DNA of 63,322 bases, filler included, from Octopus bimaculoides (taxonomy: Eukaryota), in assembly GCF_001194135.2 (NCBI RefSeq). It is 13 parts of 10 records of this genome, joined end to end, with 100 filler letters (N's around TTAATTAATTAA, not from the genome) between each part and the next. Parts side by side here need not be neighbours in the genome. Positions count along the whole stretch, not along the records: positions 37,556 to 44,396 come from NC_068986.1; positions 44,497 to 47,960 come from NC_068992.1; positions 48,061 to 55,650 come from NC_068991.1; 10 more parts are not named here. One strand, written 5' to 3'. Below the pieces are notes generated by a model. That model did not search any database and was not told the origin of the DNA. It worked only from the letters and a program-made list of their open reading frames with translations. Position 1 is the stretch's first letter. The number at the start of each line of letters is the position of its first letter. Both the position numbers and the translations under genes were made by a program. Below, in pieces: positions 37,556 to 51,384 of this stretch.

Positions 37556-38776
37556 CTAGAAAAAATGTTTCAGACCGAATTTATCAATTTTTTTAACCCC
37601 TTCTTCCAGTTTTAAGATATCACTGTCTAATTTGTACTATTCTCTTTCAGATTATCTAACTTCTGGCTATAATTCTCAGAAAATTTTGCCACCATGTTTG
37701 TCCCATTTAAAGATTCCATAAGAAATGCTTTACTCTACGAGTTTCATAAAGGTGTTAATGCAAGTGCGGCAGCATGATCTGTTCAGAGCCCTTATGGGGA
37801 TGATGTAGTGAATGAAAGAAGTTGCAGGAGGTAGTTTTTCCCTTTCCGAAGTGATGATTTCACTTTGGAAGAAGAGCCAAAAGAGGCGTCGTCCAAAAAA
37901 ACTTGATTCCGAAATGTTAGAAGCTCTTGTTTCAGAGAACTCTACCGTTACCATTAGGGAACTTGCAGAACTGTTAAACGTGGCCCATACAACCGTGATA
38001 CGGCAGCTAAAACACACTGGAAAGGTTTCAGTGGCTGGAAAATGGGTCCTTCACGAGCTGTCTCCAGATAATCGACATCAGAGTCCTGATTGTTGTTAAT
38101 CATTGCTTTCGAGATACTTTCAAGCATCATTTTTAGACAGGTTTTTTACAGGTGATAAGAAGTAGATTCTTTGCCATAATGTTAAATGCTGCCGTTCTTG
38201 GATCTGTCGAGAGCAGGACTTCACCCAAAGAAGATCATGTTGAGTGTATGGTGGGATATTAAAGGAGTAATCCATTATGAACTGTTGGACAACAATCAAA
38301 CAATTAATGCTAATCTTTACTGTGAGCAACTTCGTCGTTTGAAAACAGTTCTGAGCCAAAAGCGAGCATCCTTGGTTAACAGAAAAAGTGTCATCTTCCA
38401 TCACGATAATGCTCGTCCTCACACAACTCGACTGACCAAAACTCTCTTGGAAGAACTTGGTTGGGAAATACTGCTTCATCCTCCATATTCTCCTGACCTT
38501 GCTCCTTCTGATTACCATTTGTTCCGAGGACTACAGAACCATTTTGATGGACTTATGTTAACAACAAGAGAAGAGATTGAAAATGCGTTGGATTCATATT
38601 TTGGTTCTAAACCTACAGAGTTTTACAAGTGAGGCATTTATAAGGTTGTTGAAAGATGGGAAAAGGTCATTGAAAGCAATGGAGAGTTTGTTAATGAATA
38701 AATATTTCCATAGTCATTGGCTTATTCATTTTTACCTTAGATCTTTAAATCGGACATTACTTTTGCACCAACCTGA
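37556..38776 (+). mobile_element. Mariner (DD34D) transposon with disrupted transposase; 5' TIR lost in gap
   Basis: ATG at 37694 (…IRNALLYEF), KWVLHEL, TGDKK, FHHDNARPHT, HPPYSPDLAPSDYHLF, with internal stops and frameshifts. 3' TIR-like cattacttttgcaccaacct near 38755-38774. Confidence 0.93.
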
Positions 38777-41105
38777 GATATATAATAGTGCCCACAGAAT
38801 TGTGACGTAATCGTCAATTTGGGTCAGCTGGACGATATATGGTTTTCCATTGTGTTTTATATTTGTTAGATATTTTGTCGCTATTCCTGCTCATCGGACT
38901 TTCGTTTGTATATTTATATTCATACCTGCAACGTAGGTCGTTTGTTTTCGTCACTGTCCTCAACGTTCGCTCACTATTCCCAACAACCTTCCGCTGCTGA
39001 CGCCACCAAAAGTGAACAGTACCGTCGTTAAAAGCGCGAAATTGTAATAATTCTTTTGGACGATAACAAACTTGTTACCACTTCAAGAAATGATTCGGTG
39101 TATTTACTCTTATTTGTCTACGAGAACTTTTCTCCATGACAAAATACTGCGAATAGCTTCCAAACGGGTTTGAATATGCCTCAAGCAATATTTGACCCGG
39201 TAATAAGTTTGTATTTAAACACAACACTGCTTAGTATTGTCGCCTCGTATTTTATTTAAGAAAAACCACTGAATTCAGCCGTTGAACGATGACAGAAATA
39301 TCATAAGAGGAACGTGTCTCTCATATCAGTTCACAGCGTCTACATCTCCGGGTTCTGTTACTGAAGAGGAGATAACGACTCCGAAATGCACGCATCCCAC
39401 AATCTGGTTAGTAGATGCTGTGAGCTGACTCAGTGTATTTACGCTTATTTTTTTACAATCGAATACCACCTGAGTCAACTTTGCCTTTCATTTTCCTGGG
39501 GTTGAGAAAGAAATAAACAACAGAAACGCCTGTGAAGTAATGAGGTCAGTACAACCGACAATAACCATGGCTTATCCTGCTCGACATAGGAACCAAATCT
39601 CTTTCAAATTACTCCACTTTCTTAAAAAACTGAATGACACATTGAATATTATAAGTCTAAAAAAGATGAATGAAAAAGAATGGTGGTCACGGTTGGAATG
39701 CTTCTATGTATAGGACTATTCAGTCATTGCTAACCAGAGATTAAACAACTATAACAATAACGATAACACGCTCTAGTTCTATGCAGCCATGCAGAAACAA
39801 TTTCTTAATTATACTTATTTCTTCGAAACCCTGATTACCCCCCCCCCACTCCCCAAACAATAATGATTTATCTCTTATTGTTTGTTGTTCTTAATTATTG
39901 TTTCGTTATCGGATGAAGTTATCAACTTACGCGAAGGTTTTTCTTTCAAATCTGATCAACGAACTGCCAGCCACAAGGATTTCCAGCGTTAATTAGCTGT
40001 TTCTTGTACATGTTTCTACATGATTATAGTTTTTACATTTGGAATAACGAACCCTTCCTTACACACATCTACCTTTCCTCCTGACAATCTCAGAAAATGG
40101 TCTCATGCGTGCTGGGCCCCGACTGAGTAATTAAAAATACCTATACCACCCACACTCACGCATATAAGCATGTACTTACGTACACACACATGTATACACC
40201 CACGTGCACACACATAAACAAATTCATATTAGAAATTTATTTTCTGCTCGTTTTATTTAACGATTTGGAGAACATCTGTGAAATTCATGCGAATCAGTTT
40301 CGATTCCCGGCTGAAGCTATATTATAAAAAAAGCTTTCATGTGCACGGAAAACAACGAGAATCGAAATGATTGCATCCATATTACATTCTGATATGCTCA
40401 GGGGGATTCGAGCGTGAATATACTAATCGTTGTTGTATTTGGTATCCAGAGAATAACTTCTTCCAGACGATGTCTGTTCAGAACACACTCAATTCGTGGA
40501 GGTAAGAGGACTTTGTGACATCGGGCTATTCCGACCTTATTGTGACTCCTCAGTCAAAGCTACTCTTGAACCAATGGATCTAACAAGAATTGTGGCTCTT
40601 GTCTATAGAGTTCAGCCAATAAATTATTTGCTGATACCTGCAATAATAATAATCAGTGTCCACAGAGGACAGCGAGAAGCTACATCCATATTCGTTCTTA
40701 ATATATTTCCACAGATTTGAAAGTGAATCTGCTAATTGCTGAAGCATTCTATCGTTGGAGAACAACTTCTTTCAGACAAAAAAAAAAAAAATGCATGTCA
40801 TCGTAAAGTTAAATTGTTTTACGACATTGAAGAAGCATGGGCATCACTACATAATTCGTCCATTTGTAAATTAGCAGCCTTGTTACTAATGTGCAAAATG
40901 TACATAAATTAACATACATTACCATATATTAACATGTGTATTTTAAACAACTTTTGGAAGATATGATATTTTAAGTTCTGTTTAGTTTCATTGATTTCTG
41001 CCGCTGATCGATTTATTGTGCTAGACGGAGAATCGTTAACTTGTATCACCAGCGCTGGACTGTGTCCAAGGCCATGACACAATTATAAGCAATAGTAGTC
41101 TACAT

Positions 41106-41389
41106 CAAGGGTTTTCAAACTGTGGTCCGCGGACCACAAGGGGTCCGCAAGGACAAGACGGGGTCCGTAGCCAGCAAATACTTTTTATGGGCAATTTGAT
41201 TTTATATATGTTTTTTAATCGAAATCTTTTAATTGACAATAAACCTATTTGTTAAATACTGTTAAATAAATAAATGTAAAAATATATGTTATTTTAAGCA
41301 AATATTTATATATAAATTTCACAAGCGTTTATAAGGGTAAAGCCTGAAATATAAAGGGGTCCGCAAGTCAAAAAGTTTGAAAACCCCTT
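41106..41389. mobile_element. hAT-type MITE
   Basis: TIRs caagggttttcaaact / agtttgaaaacccctt. Perfect 8-bp TSD gtctacat at 41098-41105 and 41390-41397. Confidence 0.9.
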
Positions 41390-42039
41390 GTCTACATCAC
41401 GAGACAGCCACCTCGTAGTTACCTTTATAGAAACAGTAACCAAATCTCCCTTATATTAAAACCTTTCCGTTTTTTTTTTCTGTTGTGTTGTCTTTTTGTT
41501 TTATTTTGTTCTTAAATGTATCAAAACGTCTAATGCAGCCGTATTACGGATGGAAAACTGAGTACTAAAGGTTAGGGAGTACCGAAGGTTTGGGAGCGTG
41601 AGTCCGTTAGGTATATACATTTTATTCAAATAATAAAATACTGAAGACGTATCAAACTAATAGTCTTTTAGCACAAACTTGAAAGAAATTGTTTACGGTA
41701 CGTCGACAGTTATGTGTAGAGTACACCTCATCTCACTGTGCCACTTTTCTCAGCGTACAAACCTTAGTTTATTTAATGAATTTATTACCTGTAATAAATA
41801 TTTGCTATCTTAATGAAAAAATACGCCTATCAGTTATTTGCTCGGAGTGGTTGACAACAAAACTATGGCGATGATTCTCCATCCTGGTGCCCGATCTTGG
41901 TAACACAAAACATTACATCCAGCAATACCAGTTTGACCAAAATATAAGCAACCAAACAGTTGATCTGAAAGACGATAAAATTAAGATGTGACATTTCCAA
42001 AACGTTGTTTATTCAAGATAAACTTCACAAGAGCTCAAA

Positions 42040-42900
42040 GAAGGCACTGCTATAACATTCAATTCAGCTAAATGTCGTAGATTACGCAAAGAGGCACGGT
42101 AATAGGGCAGCTGTTCGGTATTTTTGTTCACCACCAACTAAGAAAATGGTAGCGACTTGAAGGAAACAAGAGCGGCCGCTGAAAGCTAGTATATATTGCA
42201 AACATTGTTTCTGGAGGGGAGTTGTAAAGTGGCCTGAATCAGAAGGGGGATTAAAAACACTGAGTGTTAGACCAGAAGTTCACTGAGTATCCGCTAAGGG
42301 ATCATGCACCATTCAAGACTTATAGAAATAGACCAAGATCTACAAGAAAAACACGCAAAATGCCTCTTGAATACGAAGATAAAATCATAAAGTTTTATAG
42401 GATATATTACTAAAATAAGAAAAAAACATTAGTCTTGATCTTTCACAGATAGCAAATACGGACAAAGTTCCTTTGATATTTGATATGGCATCAATCAAAA
42501 CGGTAGAATCCAAAGGTGCTAAATCTATGACTGTTAAAACATGCGGCCATCAGAAACCACGTTCCACAGTTGCAGTAACTTGCTGCGCTGATGGCACAAA
42601 ACTGCCACCATTTTGTAATTCCTTAAAAGAAAAAACATTGCTCAAAGAGAAAATACCCAGTGGCGTTTATGCCCACGTCCATTAAAATGGTTGGATGGAT
42701 GAGGAAGGTAACTGAAGTAGGGTGCCGGGGTTTTTGTTGACCGTTCAATCGGTAAGGATCTGAGTTTAAAATTATTGGTGCGCCATAGAGCGGAGGCCAT
42801 ACATTTTATCATCAAAGCTGTAGAGAATGCCACTTGATGTGCCGCCCGGTGGTTTGCTCTTACTGAAATGTAGATGCAAGCTGGGATTTTATCAACCTTA
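42040..42900 (+). mobile_element. Pogo/Tigger-like (DDE_1) transposase remnant
   Basis: Fragments VVDYAKRHGNRAA (N-terminal HTH-like) and IANTDKVPLIFDM...KGAKS...TCGH...CCADGTKLPP...GVYAHVH-NGWMDEE. No TIRs identified. Confidence 0.8.
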
Positions 42901-43053
42901 GCTGAGTCAACTAGGTGAGAAGATCTGATGGTGAGGGACCCGAAAATACTTAAGACCCCAGAAGCATCCGCGAGATATTGAAATTAAACGGACGAAAAGT
43001 GTTACGTTAGAAAGGTACTTTACATAGAAGAAATAGATATTTTTAGTTACTTT

Positions 43054-43430
43054 GTTGTTGGCACTCCGTCGCTTACGACGTCGAGGGTTCCAGTTCAACG
43101 GAACAGCCTACTCGTGAAATTAACGTGCAAGTGGCTGAGAACTCCACAGACACGTGTACCCTTAACGTAGTTCTCGGGGGATATTCAGCGTGACACAGTG
43201 TGACAAGGCTGACCCTTTGAATTACAGGCACAACAGAAACAGGAAGATAGAGTGAGAGAAAGTTGTGGTGAAAGAGTACAGCAGGGTTCACCACCATCCC
43301 CTGCCGGAGCTTCGTGGAGCTTTAGGTGTTTTCGCTCAATAAACACTCACAACGCCCGGTCTGGGAATCGAAACCGCGATCCTATGACCGCGAGTCCGCT
43401 GCCCTAACCACTGGGCCATTGCGCCTCCAC
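43054..43430 (-). mobile_element. Second full-length copy of the 16411 SINE family
   Basis: Colinear with 16411-16801. 9-bp TSD agttacttt at 43045-43053 and 43431-43439. Confidence 0.93.
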
Positions 43431-43942
43431 AGTTACTTTACCAAACATGAGACAACAGGCATCGATCATACTTAGTTCGTCAACCTTCACCCCTTCCCGT
43501 TGAATTCAACGACCCCTGATGACTTTCATTCAGTTGGTCAGCTTAGAATGAATGCAATCAAGATGATGAGCGTGGCTAATTAAATTCTAGAAATAATCTC
43601 ATACACACGTAAAGACTAATTCATTGTCTTCTGTAACAACAGCAAGTTCGGTTTCTAAGCATCGGTGACATTTTAGAAGATGGAATCCAATTTTAGAAAC
43701 TATGTCAACATGTGGTTAATCGCTTGGATCAATAGACAGATATTTATAAACGTTTTCAATCAAGTTTTCAGAGGAGATTAATACCTTCTGGGCCGGGAAG
43801 AAAACGAGAAAATAATTTTCGATACCAAAACATAACAGACGTTCGGGGGAGGTCAAGAATGTTATGATTGAAGACTTCAGCGTTCTTTTCACTGTCAGCA
43901 TCAGTAGCAGTAGTAGTAACAGCAGCAGCAACAGCAGCAGCT

Positions 43943-43995
<53 letters not shown>

Positions 43996-44240
43996 TGTTG
44001 TTGTAGGTGGTGGTGGTATTGTAGTTGTCGTTTGTAGTTTAACTCCTGTTGTTATAGTTAAGCAAGCTTGCGATCAAAGGCATTCCAGCTGTGACCATCC
44101 TTAAAGGATGACTCGACTACAAGTTCCAATGCCTCCCATCTTTGACCTCTTTGTAAGATACAAATTTACGGTATTTGGCTGTTATATTCAGCAAATTATG
44201 CTACCATATAGATCAATACTCGTTGGTCATCTGTCGTCGA

Positions 44241-44273
<33 letters not shown>

Positions 44274-44496
44274 CATTGTCATCGTGGTCCTTGTTGTTAT
44301 TGTTGCTGTTGCTAACCTAGTGGGCAATTGTCCAAGGCCTGTGGTCACAGGCTGCAATAAGTATTATTCGATGACAGGTCGCTTAGTAGAGACAGCNNNN
44401 NNNNNNNNNNNNNNNNNNNNNNNNNNNNNNNNNNNNNNNNTTAATTAATTAANNNNNNNNNNNNNNNNNNNNNNNNNNNNNNNNNNNNNNNNNNNN

Positions 44497-45289
44497 AAAA
44501 TCAGTTGATCAACCTGTTCTGGAGAACTTTCGGGCCCGGGTACCTGGACAATTACCAGAAATCCCTGGCTTGGCAGTGCTTTCATGCAGCATTACCTGTT
44601 CGTGACTGTCAAGGTACAGAAGTGCCGTCTCACCAACGTGTCCGAGGTGCGGGCAGGACAGGGAAACCGTCTGCACGCATTCATGGAATGTTCAGAATTA
44701 ACGAGACTGATAGTTTTCGCAGAACAACTGTTGTCATCGATGGGAAGAGTACAGCTATCAGCTGAATCTATCATCGAGATTGTGCTGCCTCCTTCCCTCA
44801 ACAGGGAATGGAAGGTTTGCTTTTCCTGCGTAGTAGCCATACTGAAAGAAACAGTATGGAAGACGCGTGTGAGAGGAATAGTGACGGGTACCTTTGTATC
44901 TAGCTAGGGGTTAGTTAACTTTTTTAGTTACCACCTCAGGAGTAAGATCAGGCTAGAGAAGAGGTGCCTGTCACGAGACAGATTCATGAGAAGATGGAAG
45001 CCTGTAGCGAGAAAGCTGGGAGTATCTGACTCCAGGTAAGTGAAAGCCAGAAAAGGGAGGAACAAGCAAGGGGTCTACCCTGGTGGTCGGATGCCTGTCC
45101 TTCAGAGCAGCCATTACAAATCGTAATGAGCAACGCCGAATAAGAAAACTAGTAATATATCAATTATATTTTTGTATTATATTTTTGTATTTAATCGCTA
45201 AATAGCAGCTACTACACCCTTTATGTTTGTCTGTCTTTGTTCGTCTCCTCTTTGTAATGCCTTCATGGCAAATCACTAATGAAATAAAG
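44497..45289 (+). mobile_element. Tx1/L1-like LINE 3' end (ORF2 C-terminus plus 3' UTR)
   Basis: LDNYQKSLAWQCFHAALPVRD, HAFMEC, LPPSLNREW, VWKTRVRG, RWKPVARK. The 3' UTR ends aataaag at the gap. Confidence 0.82.
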
Positions 45290-45330
45290 NNNNNNNNNNN
45301 NNNNNNNNNNNNNNNNNNNNNNNNTATATA

Positions 45331-45339
<9 letters not shown>

Positions 45340-45363
<24 letters not shown>

Positions 45364-45580
45364 TTGTGTGGCTGTGTTTGTCCCCCCACCATCGCTTGAC
45401 AACCAATGCTCGTGTTTACGTCCCCGTAACTTAGCGGTTTGGCAAAAGAGACCAATAAAATAAGTACTAAGCTTACAAAGAATAAGTCCTGAGGTGGATT
45501 TGCTCGACTAAAGGCGGTGCTCCAGCATGGCCACAGTCAAATGACTGAAACAAGTAAAAGAGTAAAAGAGTAAAGAGAGT
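45340..45580 (+). mobile_element. Composite SINE 3' half with (TG)n and gtaaaaga tail (related halves at 21125-21290, 54415-54660 and 61722-61860)
   Basis: ccccccaccatcgcttgacaacc...ggcggtgctccagcatggcc...gaaacaagtaaaagagtaaaagag. Confidence 0.85.
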
Positions 45581-45584
45581 ATAA

Positions 45585-47190
45585 GAATTTGTTAAGTAAT
45601 GAGGGATTGTAGTCGTGAAGGATGGTTGGCAATTCACTTAAAACATAATTTACACATACCAATGTTTGCTTTGTATGGGGGAGCCTCACTTAAGATAGAT
45701 AGGGTATAGGTAATATTTTGAGATTTAAGCTTGTGTATATAAGTTGTTAAGGAGGTAGATAATTTAGAATTTGGATTGGAGAAAGAGTTCATGTGTGCAC
45801 AGCAGCGGTGCTTGAAATCAACAGTGCCGCAGATATAGACCCTTGTTTGGTGGGAGCATGGTGTTATAACATGGCACTTGTAGACTACATTTTTACAGAG
45901 GGCATAGTTTTCCTAGCTGCTCTGCAGTTGGAGTTTACCACTGGGGAGGTCAAATTCCAGTAGTCTGTTATTAATGAAGAAGAACCTGAAGTAAAATTTG
46001 TATCAGAACTGGATGGGAGGAAGTATCAATGCAAGTATATGTGGTTACATAAATGTGGGAAGATGCCTTGAGTCTGATATTATTTTCTGGTCACTGAGGA
46101 TTGTATTATTGCCACTAGGTGAGTTAATTTGGGGAGCAGTATGAGAAATTGCAGATTCCAAGGATTGGTGTTGTAGTTTGTGTCAGTTAGAGAAGGCGAT
46201 TACAGATCCCAAATTAGGTGTGGCAGAGTAGGAGATTTTAACTGATGATTTATTAAAGATAGGGTAGTATTCATGCTATGATGGGAAGTTAGAGTTTAGG
46301 ATTTTAAAGAAAAGTTTAGGTAGAGATTTAACTTGGCAGGAGAAAGGTTGTGTGAAACATAGGATCTCCCACTTCCCATCCTTAGAATGTTTAGAGTGTG
46401 TGATTATAGTGAGTGGATCCGGGCAGGGAGGCTTATAGTAATTATAGGTTTGAGGTGGACAGTGGAGCCATTGAGTGCAATGTGTAGGTTATTTTCTGAA
46501 AGTTGATGGATTGATGTTGAATGGAAAAATGGTCTGTGGTTTTGTGGTTAGTATTAGGAAAGAGATATGCAATTTTAGTTTTAAGCTTGGTATTGGGGAT
46601 ATAGGAGATATTTACATGGAAGCCTCCTTATCTGGAGTGCCTGATTATAATATGGGGCATGACTGTTAAAAATTTCTTCATTTGCAGATAAGTTAGAGAT
46701 TCTGATAGAAATGCCTGTGACTATACTATTAAGAGTAATTTTAAGGTGATTTGATATATTATAAAGATTGATTGGATTTAAAGAAAGGGTGAAATAGATT
46801 TGTATTCAAATCCAGAGTAATGTCTAAGAAATTGACCACCTTAGAGTCATTTTGAAATGAGATATTCTGGTTATAGATTTTAAAAAGCTTGTGTAAGGCT
46901 TTCTTGGTGCATTCCACAGATGGTTGAGGTAACCCAGTTGCTGTAAGGAGTGCATAATCCCTGCAGAGTCCTCTGGAGAGGTTAGGGAAGTATTGTTTAA
47001 AATGGGAAAGGAGGAATAGGTCAACTAGGTCAGTAACCTGGGCTGACTCAGATGAGCCTGTGGTTATGAGTTGTAGGTCCAGTTAATAACCTTAAAGTAA
47101 ATTAGAATTTACTGAGCAGCCAGGATAATATCAATGTCAGACTGAGAAATGGGAACATACTTTTGAGCAAAGATTAAGGCTTTTTATTTA
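45585..47190 (-). mobile_element. Penelope-like retroelement remnant (RT C-terminal part plus GIY-YIG endonuclease)
   Basis: Minus-strand fragments GLCRDYAL (YRDD-equivalent), KVVNFLDITLDLNT, NVVYKCHV...VYIC...FKHR...H..SF...STSLTTYIHKLK...PY...CKLC, with many stops. Confidence 0.85.
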
Positions 47191-47266
47191 AGAGGATTCG
47201 TCGTCATCGTCGTCGTCGTCGTCGTCATCGTCGTCATCATCATCGTCATCATCGTCGTCATCATCG

Positions 47267-47298
<32 letters not shown>

Positions 47299-47329
47299 AT
47301 CGTCATTGTCATCATCATCATCATCATCA

Positions 47330-47959
47330 TCACCGTTTAACGTCCGCTTTCCATGCTAGCTGGGTTGAATGATTTGATTGACGACTGGTGAGCCAGATGG
47401 CTACACCAGGCTCCAATCTGATTTGGCAGAGTTTCTACGGCTGGATGCTCTTCCTAACGTCAACCACTCTGAGAGTGTAGTGGGTGCTNNNNNNNNNNCG
47501 GCTGGATGCTCTTCCTAACGTCAACCACTCTGAGAGTGTAGTGGGTGCTTTTACGTGCCACCGGCACGAAGGCCAGTCAAGCGGTACTGGCAACGGCCAC
47601 ACTCACAATGGTGCATTTCACGTGCCACCTGCAAAGGAGCCAGTCCAGCAGCACTGGCAACGACCTCACTCAAATGTCTTTTCAGGTGCCACCAGCACAA
47701 GTACCGGGAAGGCAACGCTGGTAATGATCATGCTCAAATGGTGCTATTTACGTGCCACTGGTACGGAAGCCAAACAGCTGCTCTGGCAATGATCACACTC
47801 GGACGGTGCTCTTAGTGCTCCACTGGTACAGGAACCATCACGATTTCACTTTCACTTGTCCAACAGGTCTTCGCAAGGGGAGTTTAGTGTCCAATGAAGG
47901 AATGGTACACATAAGAGGGCTGGCTACACCCCTGGCAGAAGCCTTGGATTATGGTCTCA
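47330..47959 (-). mobile_element. Second copy of the (GAT)n-tailed array element
   Basis: Colinear with 32291-32810, with units in the same order. Confidence 0.85.
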
Positions 47960-48060
47960 CNNNNNNNNNNNNNNNNNNNNNNNNNNNNNNNNNNNNNNNN
48001 NNNNTTAATTAATTAANNNNNNNNNNNNNNNNNNNNNNNNNNNNNNNNNNNNNNNNNNNN

Positions 48061-48172
48061 CCTCATCACTGAGTGCTTGATATTGTCCCCTTCAATTACC
48101 CCTAGGTATTTGTAGCTCTCCGCTGGTTCTAACTCTTTTATGACATTTTGCTGGTCAAGGTTCACATTAGAT
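48061..48172 (-). mobile_element. R4/Dong-like RT-thumb fragment, 5' junction in (TAA)n
   Basis: NVNLDQQNVIKELEPAESYKYLGVIEGDNIKHSVMR, running into a gap. Confidence 0.75.
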
Positions 48173-48206
<34 letters not shown>

Positions 48207-50797
48207 CATTATTATTATTATTATTATTATAATTCCTTGTAAATGCAGTCTTATTTGGTGTTTTTACAAACTTTATAGATATTTTTTTTACAAACTCAGA
48301 GATCAGGGTTTTTTCCAGTTGCATGGTGCCCTACTTGCTAGCATTTTTAGACGCAAAATCTTGTTATCCCTTGACGTCTTTGGTTGAAACCAGGCTACGA
48401 CTTGTGTACGTGTGTATGCTTGTGCGAGTGAGTGCATCTTTGAGTCTGTGTTTGATGTCGTTCCCCACCACTTGACGGTTGGTTATGGTATCTTTTACGT
48501 CCCCGGTTCAGCAAAAGCGACCGATAGAATAAGTAACCAATTTTAAGAAAGAAAAAAAAAAATAAGGACAGGGGTCGATTCATTTGACTAAAAAAATTTT
48601 CAAAGCGGCACCCCCGCTTGGCTGCAGTCTAAGGGATAAAACAATTAAAAGGTATATGATAAAACATAAAAGATCATTGTCAGCAGCGATGACAGATATT
48701 ACATATCCGAAACGGCACTTATATGGGGACATCATTACTGACAGCGTGAAAATGTGGACCAGTGGCTCGGGTGTTGCCATCACGACTGGAAAATCGTTGT
48801 TTCGATTCTCGGACCAAGCAGTGAGTTGCGTTGTTGAGCTAAAGACTTTATTTCATGTTGCTCCTGTTCACATAGCTCTAAATGAGTAACCTAGCAACAG
48901 GCCGGCGTCTATTCAGGGGTAACGTTGTGATATTAGCCATTTCTTATTCGTCACGAAACCGGGTAACCGGCCCCATGAGTCCTACGCCTCTCGACAATGC
49001 TTACTTTTGTCATTATAAACCCCGTTATCAATTAGTGTGCCTCTAGGCTGGCAAAACCGTTAGCATGCCAGCCAAAAATGCGTGGCAGCATTTGGTCCGT
49101 CGTTATGTTTAGAGTTCAAATTCCGTCAAGGTTGTCTTTGCCTTTCAACCTTTCAGGGGTCAGTAAAATAAGTAGCAATAAGTACTGGGGCTGATGTAAT
49201 CGACTTAAGCTCCTCCCCCGAAATTAGTGGTGGTATGTGGCTTAGTTATTAGGGTGTTGGATTCATGATCGTAAGAATGTGTTTTCGATTCCTGGACCGG
49301 GCGTCGCGTTATGTTATTTCACAAAATGCTTCATGTTGTTCCAGTCCAATCAGCTGGCTAAAATGAGTAATCCTGCGACGGACGGGCATTCCGTCCAGTT
49401 GCGAGAATATATATTCGACAGAATCTGGGAAACCGGCTTTCTGAGATTATGGCTCGAAATAGGACCTTTGTTCTTTTTTTAATATACAAAGGACATTTTA
49501 ATCCGTGTTAAACAAAGGATATTTATTTCTATTAAAATGTTGTTTCAGTTCTCTGTTGAAGCTACTACATTTTACTTCCACCTTTATTGTCACCGGAAGA
49601 GGTATGAATACCATAATTCCATTCACCCCGTCTTCTTGAACCAGTGGCTTTTAGCTTTGTCACAGCAAGAAAATAATATCAAAATGCCTCAGCGCTATAG
49701 CAATGTTAGTGTTCCAGCATGGCAACACCTACTGACTGCACTATACAAATAAGTAATGAGTAGTAATTATTATCTAGTGAGCTGTAAGTAGTTAGTTGTG
49801 TCTACGAATCGAGTTCGATTCCATGTTGAAATCAAATCATTTCTTGAGCAAGACTAACGTCGTATAAGAATCATAAATTTTTCTCATAAAAAAACATGCA
49901 GTACTATGTAATCGATATTAAATCAATACTGGAAGCTTCGATGGAGCCTGGTGAATTAGCTTAATAACTTTTCATATCCTACACTGTTAAGTCCGCCGGG
50001 AGTTTTCCAAAACACACTCAAGTAGAGAAAGCGGGGAAGAAAAAAAAAAAAGATATACTGGCGAATAAAAACAACCGTTTCTTGTTACACGTTGCATTGG
50101 TCCTCAACTTAAACAAAATGAGATATTTCTTAGATGTATATTTAACAAAAGAAAATAGCGCAAAATCTAAAGATGAATACCGGGTTGGGATAGGAGTGAG
50201 GAAATGAAACTGATATGAAAATGTAAACTACACCATCAAGAATTTGTAAAGTACCAACACAAGTCGCCTGGATTTATTTACTTTTCTTCATAAATGCAAT
50301 TCCCTCGATACACAACGTCTTTACTTTGAAACGCAATAATTCGCAGAGATTATTCTTACACGTGTTATCCAAGCAACTTTGAAGATTCCCTATATGGTAT
50401 GTTTTGGATCTAAGACGTAATTCTGGCGAACTGTTTAAACTTAGTTTGATATTTCATCCGAAACTTCGAACAACGGTTCCTCAGAGAGACGTGGAAGAAC
50501 TTGAAATAGAAGATAATGAAGTCCTTTCGACGTAAGTAACTCAGATATTAAAAATGCATGCGTGGTAAGTATTTGTTTAAGAATCAGATACGTTTCTAAG
50601 AATTCATTCCTCAGAATATACGATAGATTTGGTTGCAGTTTTGCAATGGTATGTCAACAACAAAAATGGCAGTGTTTCAACAGCAAACTGAGGATGGTTT
50701 ATAAGAAATTTGAATGGTCAAGAAGGAAATATTAATCTTTGATCACTGTTGTATAATAAGACACTACTTTCTGAAACAATAGCAATAGCAACAACAG

Positions 50798-51384
50798 AAA
50801 CTACTACTACTACTACTACCACCACCACCACCACCATCACCACTACTACTACTACTACTACCATCACCACCACCACCACCACCACCACTACTACTACTAC
50901 GACTACAACTACCACTACCACCACCACCACCACCACNNNNNNNNNNNNNNNNNNNNNNNNNNNNNNNNNNNNNNNNNNNNNNNNNNNNNNNNNNNNNNNN
51001 NNNNNNNNNNNNNNNNNNNNNNNNNNNNNNNNNNNNNNNNNNNNNNNNNNNNNNNNNNNNNNNNNNNNNNNNNNNNNNNNNNNNNNNNNNNNNNNNNNNN
51101 NNNNNNNNNNNNNNNNNNNNNNNNNNNNNNNNNNNNNNNNNNNNNNNNNNNNNNNNNNNNNNNNNNNNNNNNNNNNNNNNNNNNNNNNNNNNNNNNNNNN
51201 NNNNNNNNNNNNNNNNNNNNNNNNNNNNNNNNNNNNNNNNNNNNNNNNNNNNNNNNNNNNNNNNNNNNNNNNNNNNNNNNNNNNNNNNNNNNNNNNNNNN
51301 NNNNNNNNNNNNNNNNNNNNNNNNNNNNNCACCACCATCACTACTACTACTACTACTACTACTAATATTAATAATAATAATAAT
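50798..51384. repeat. Compound (ACT)/(ACC)/(AAT) trinucleotide tract spanning a gap; similar compound tracts at 28440-28730, 43905-44020, 47199-47335 and 55177-55420
   Basis: Direct reading. Confidence 0.95.

Noticed and set aside
47438-47549. Direct ~50-bp duplication inside the array element
   Set aside because: It flanks a 10-N gap exactly, which is typical of an unmerged contig overlap.
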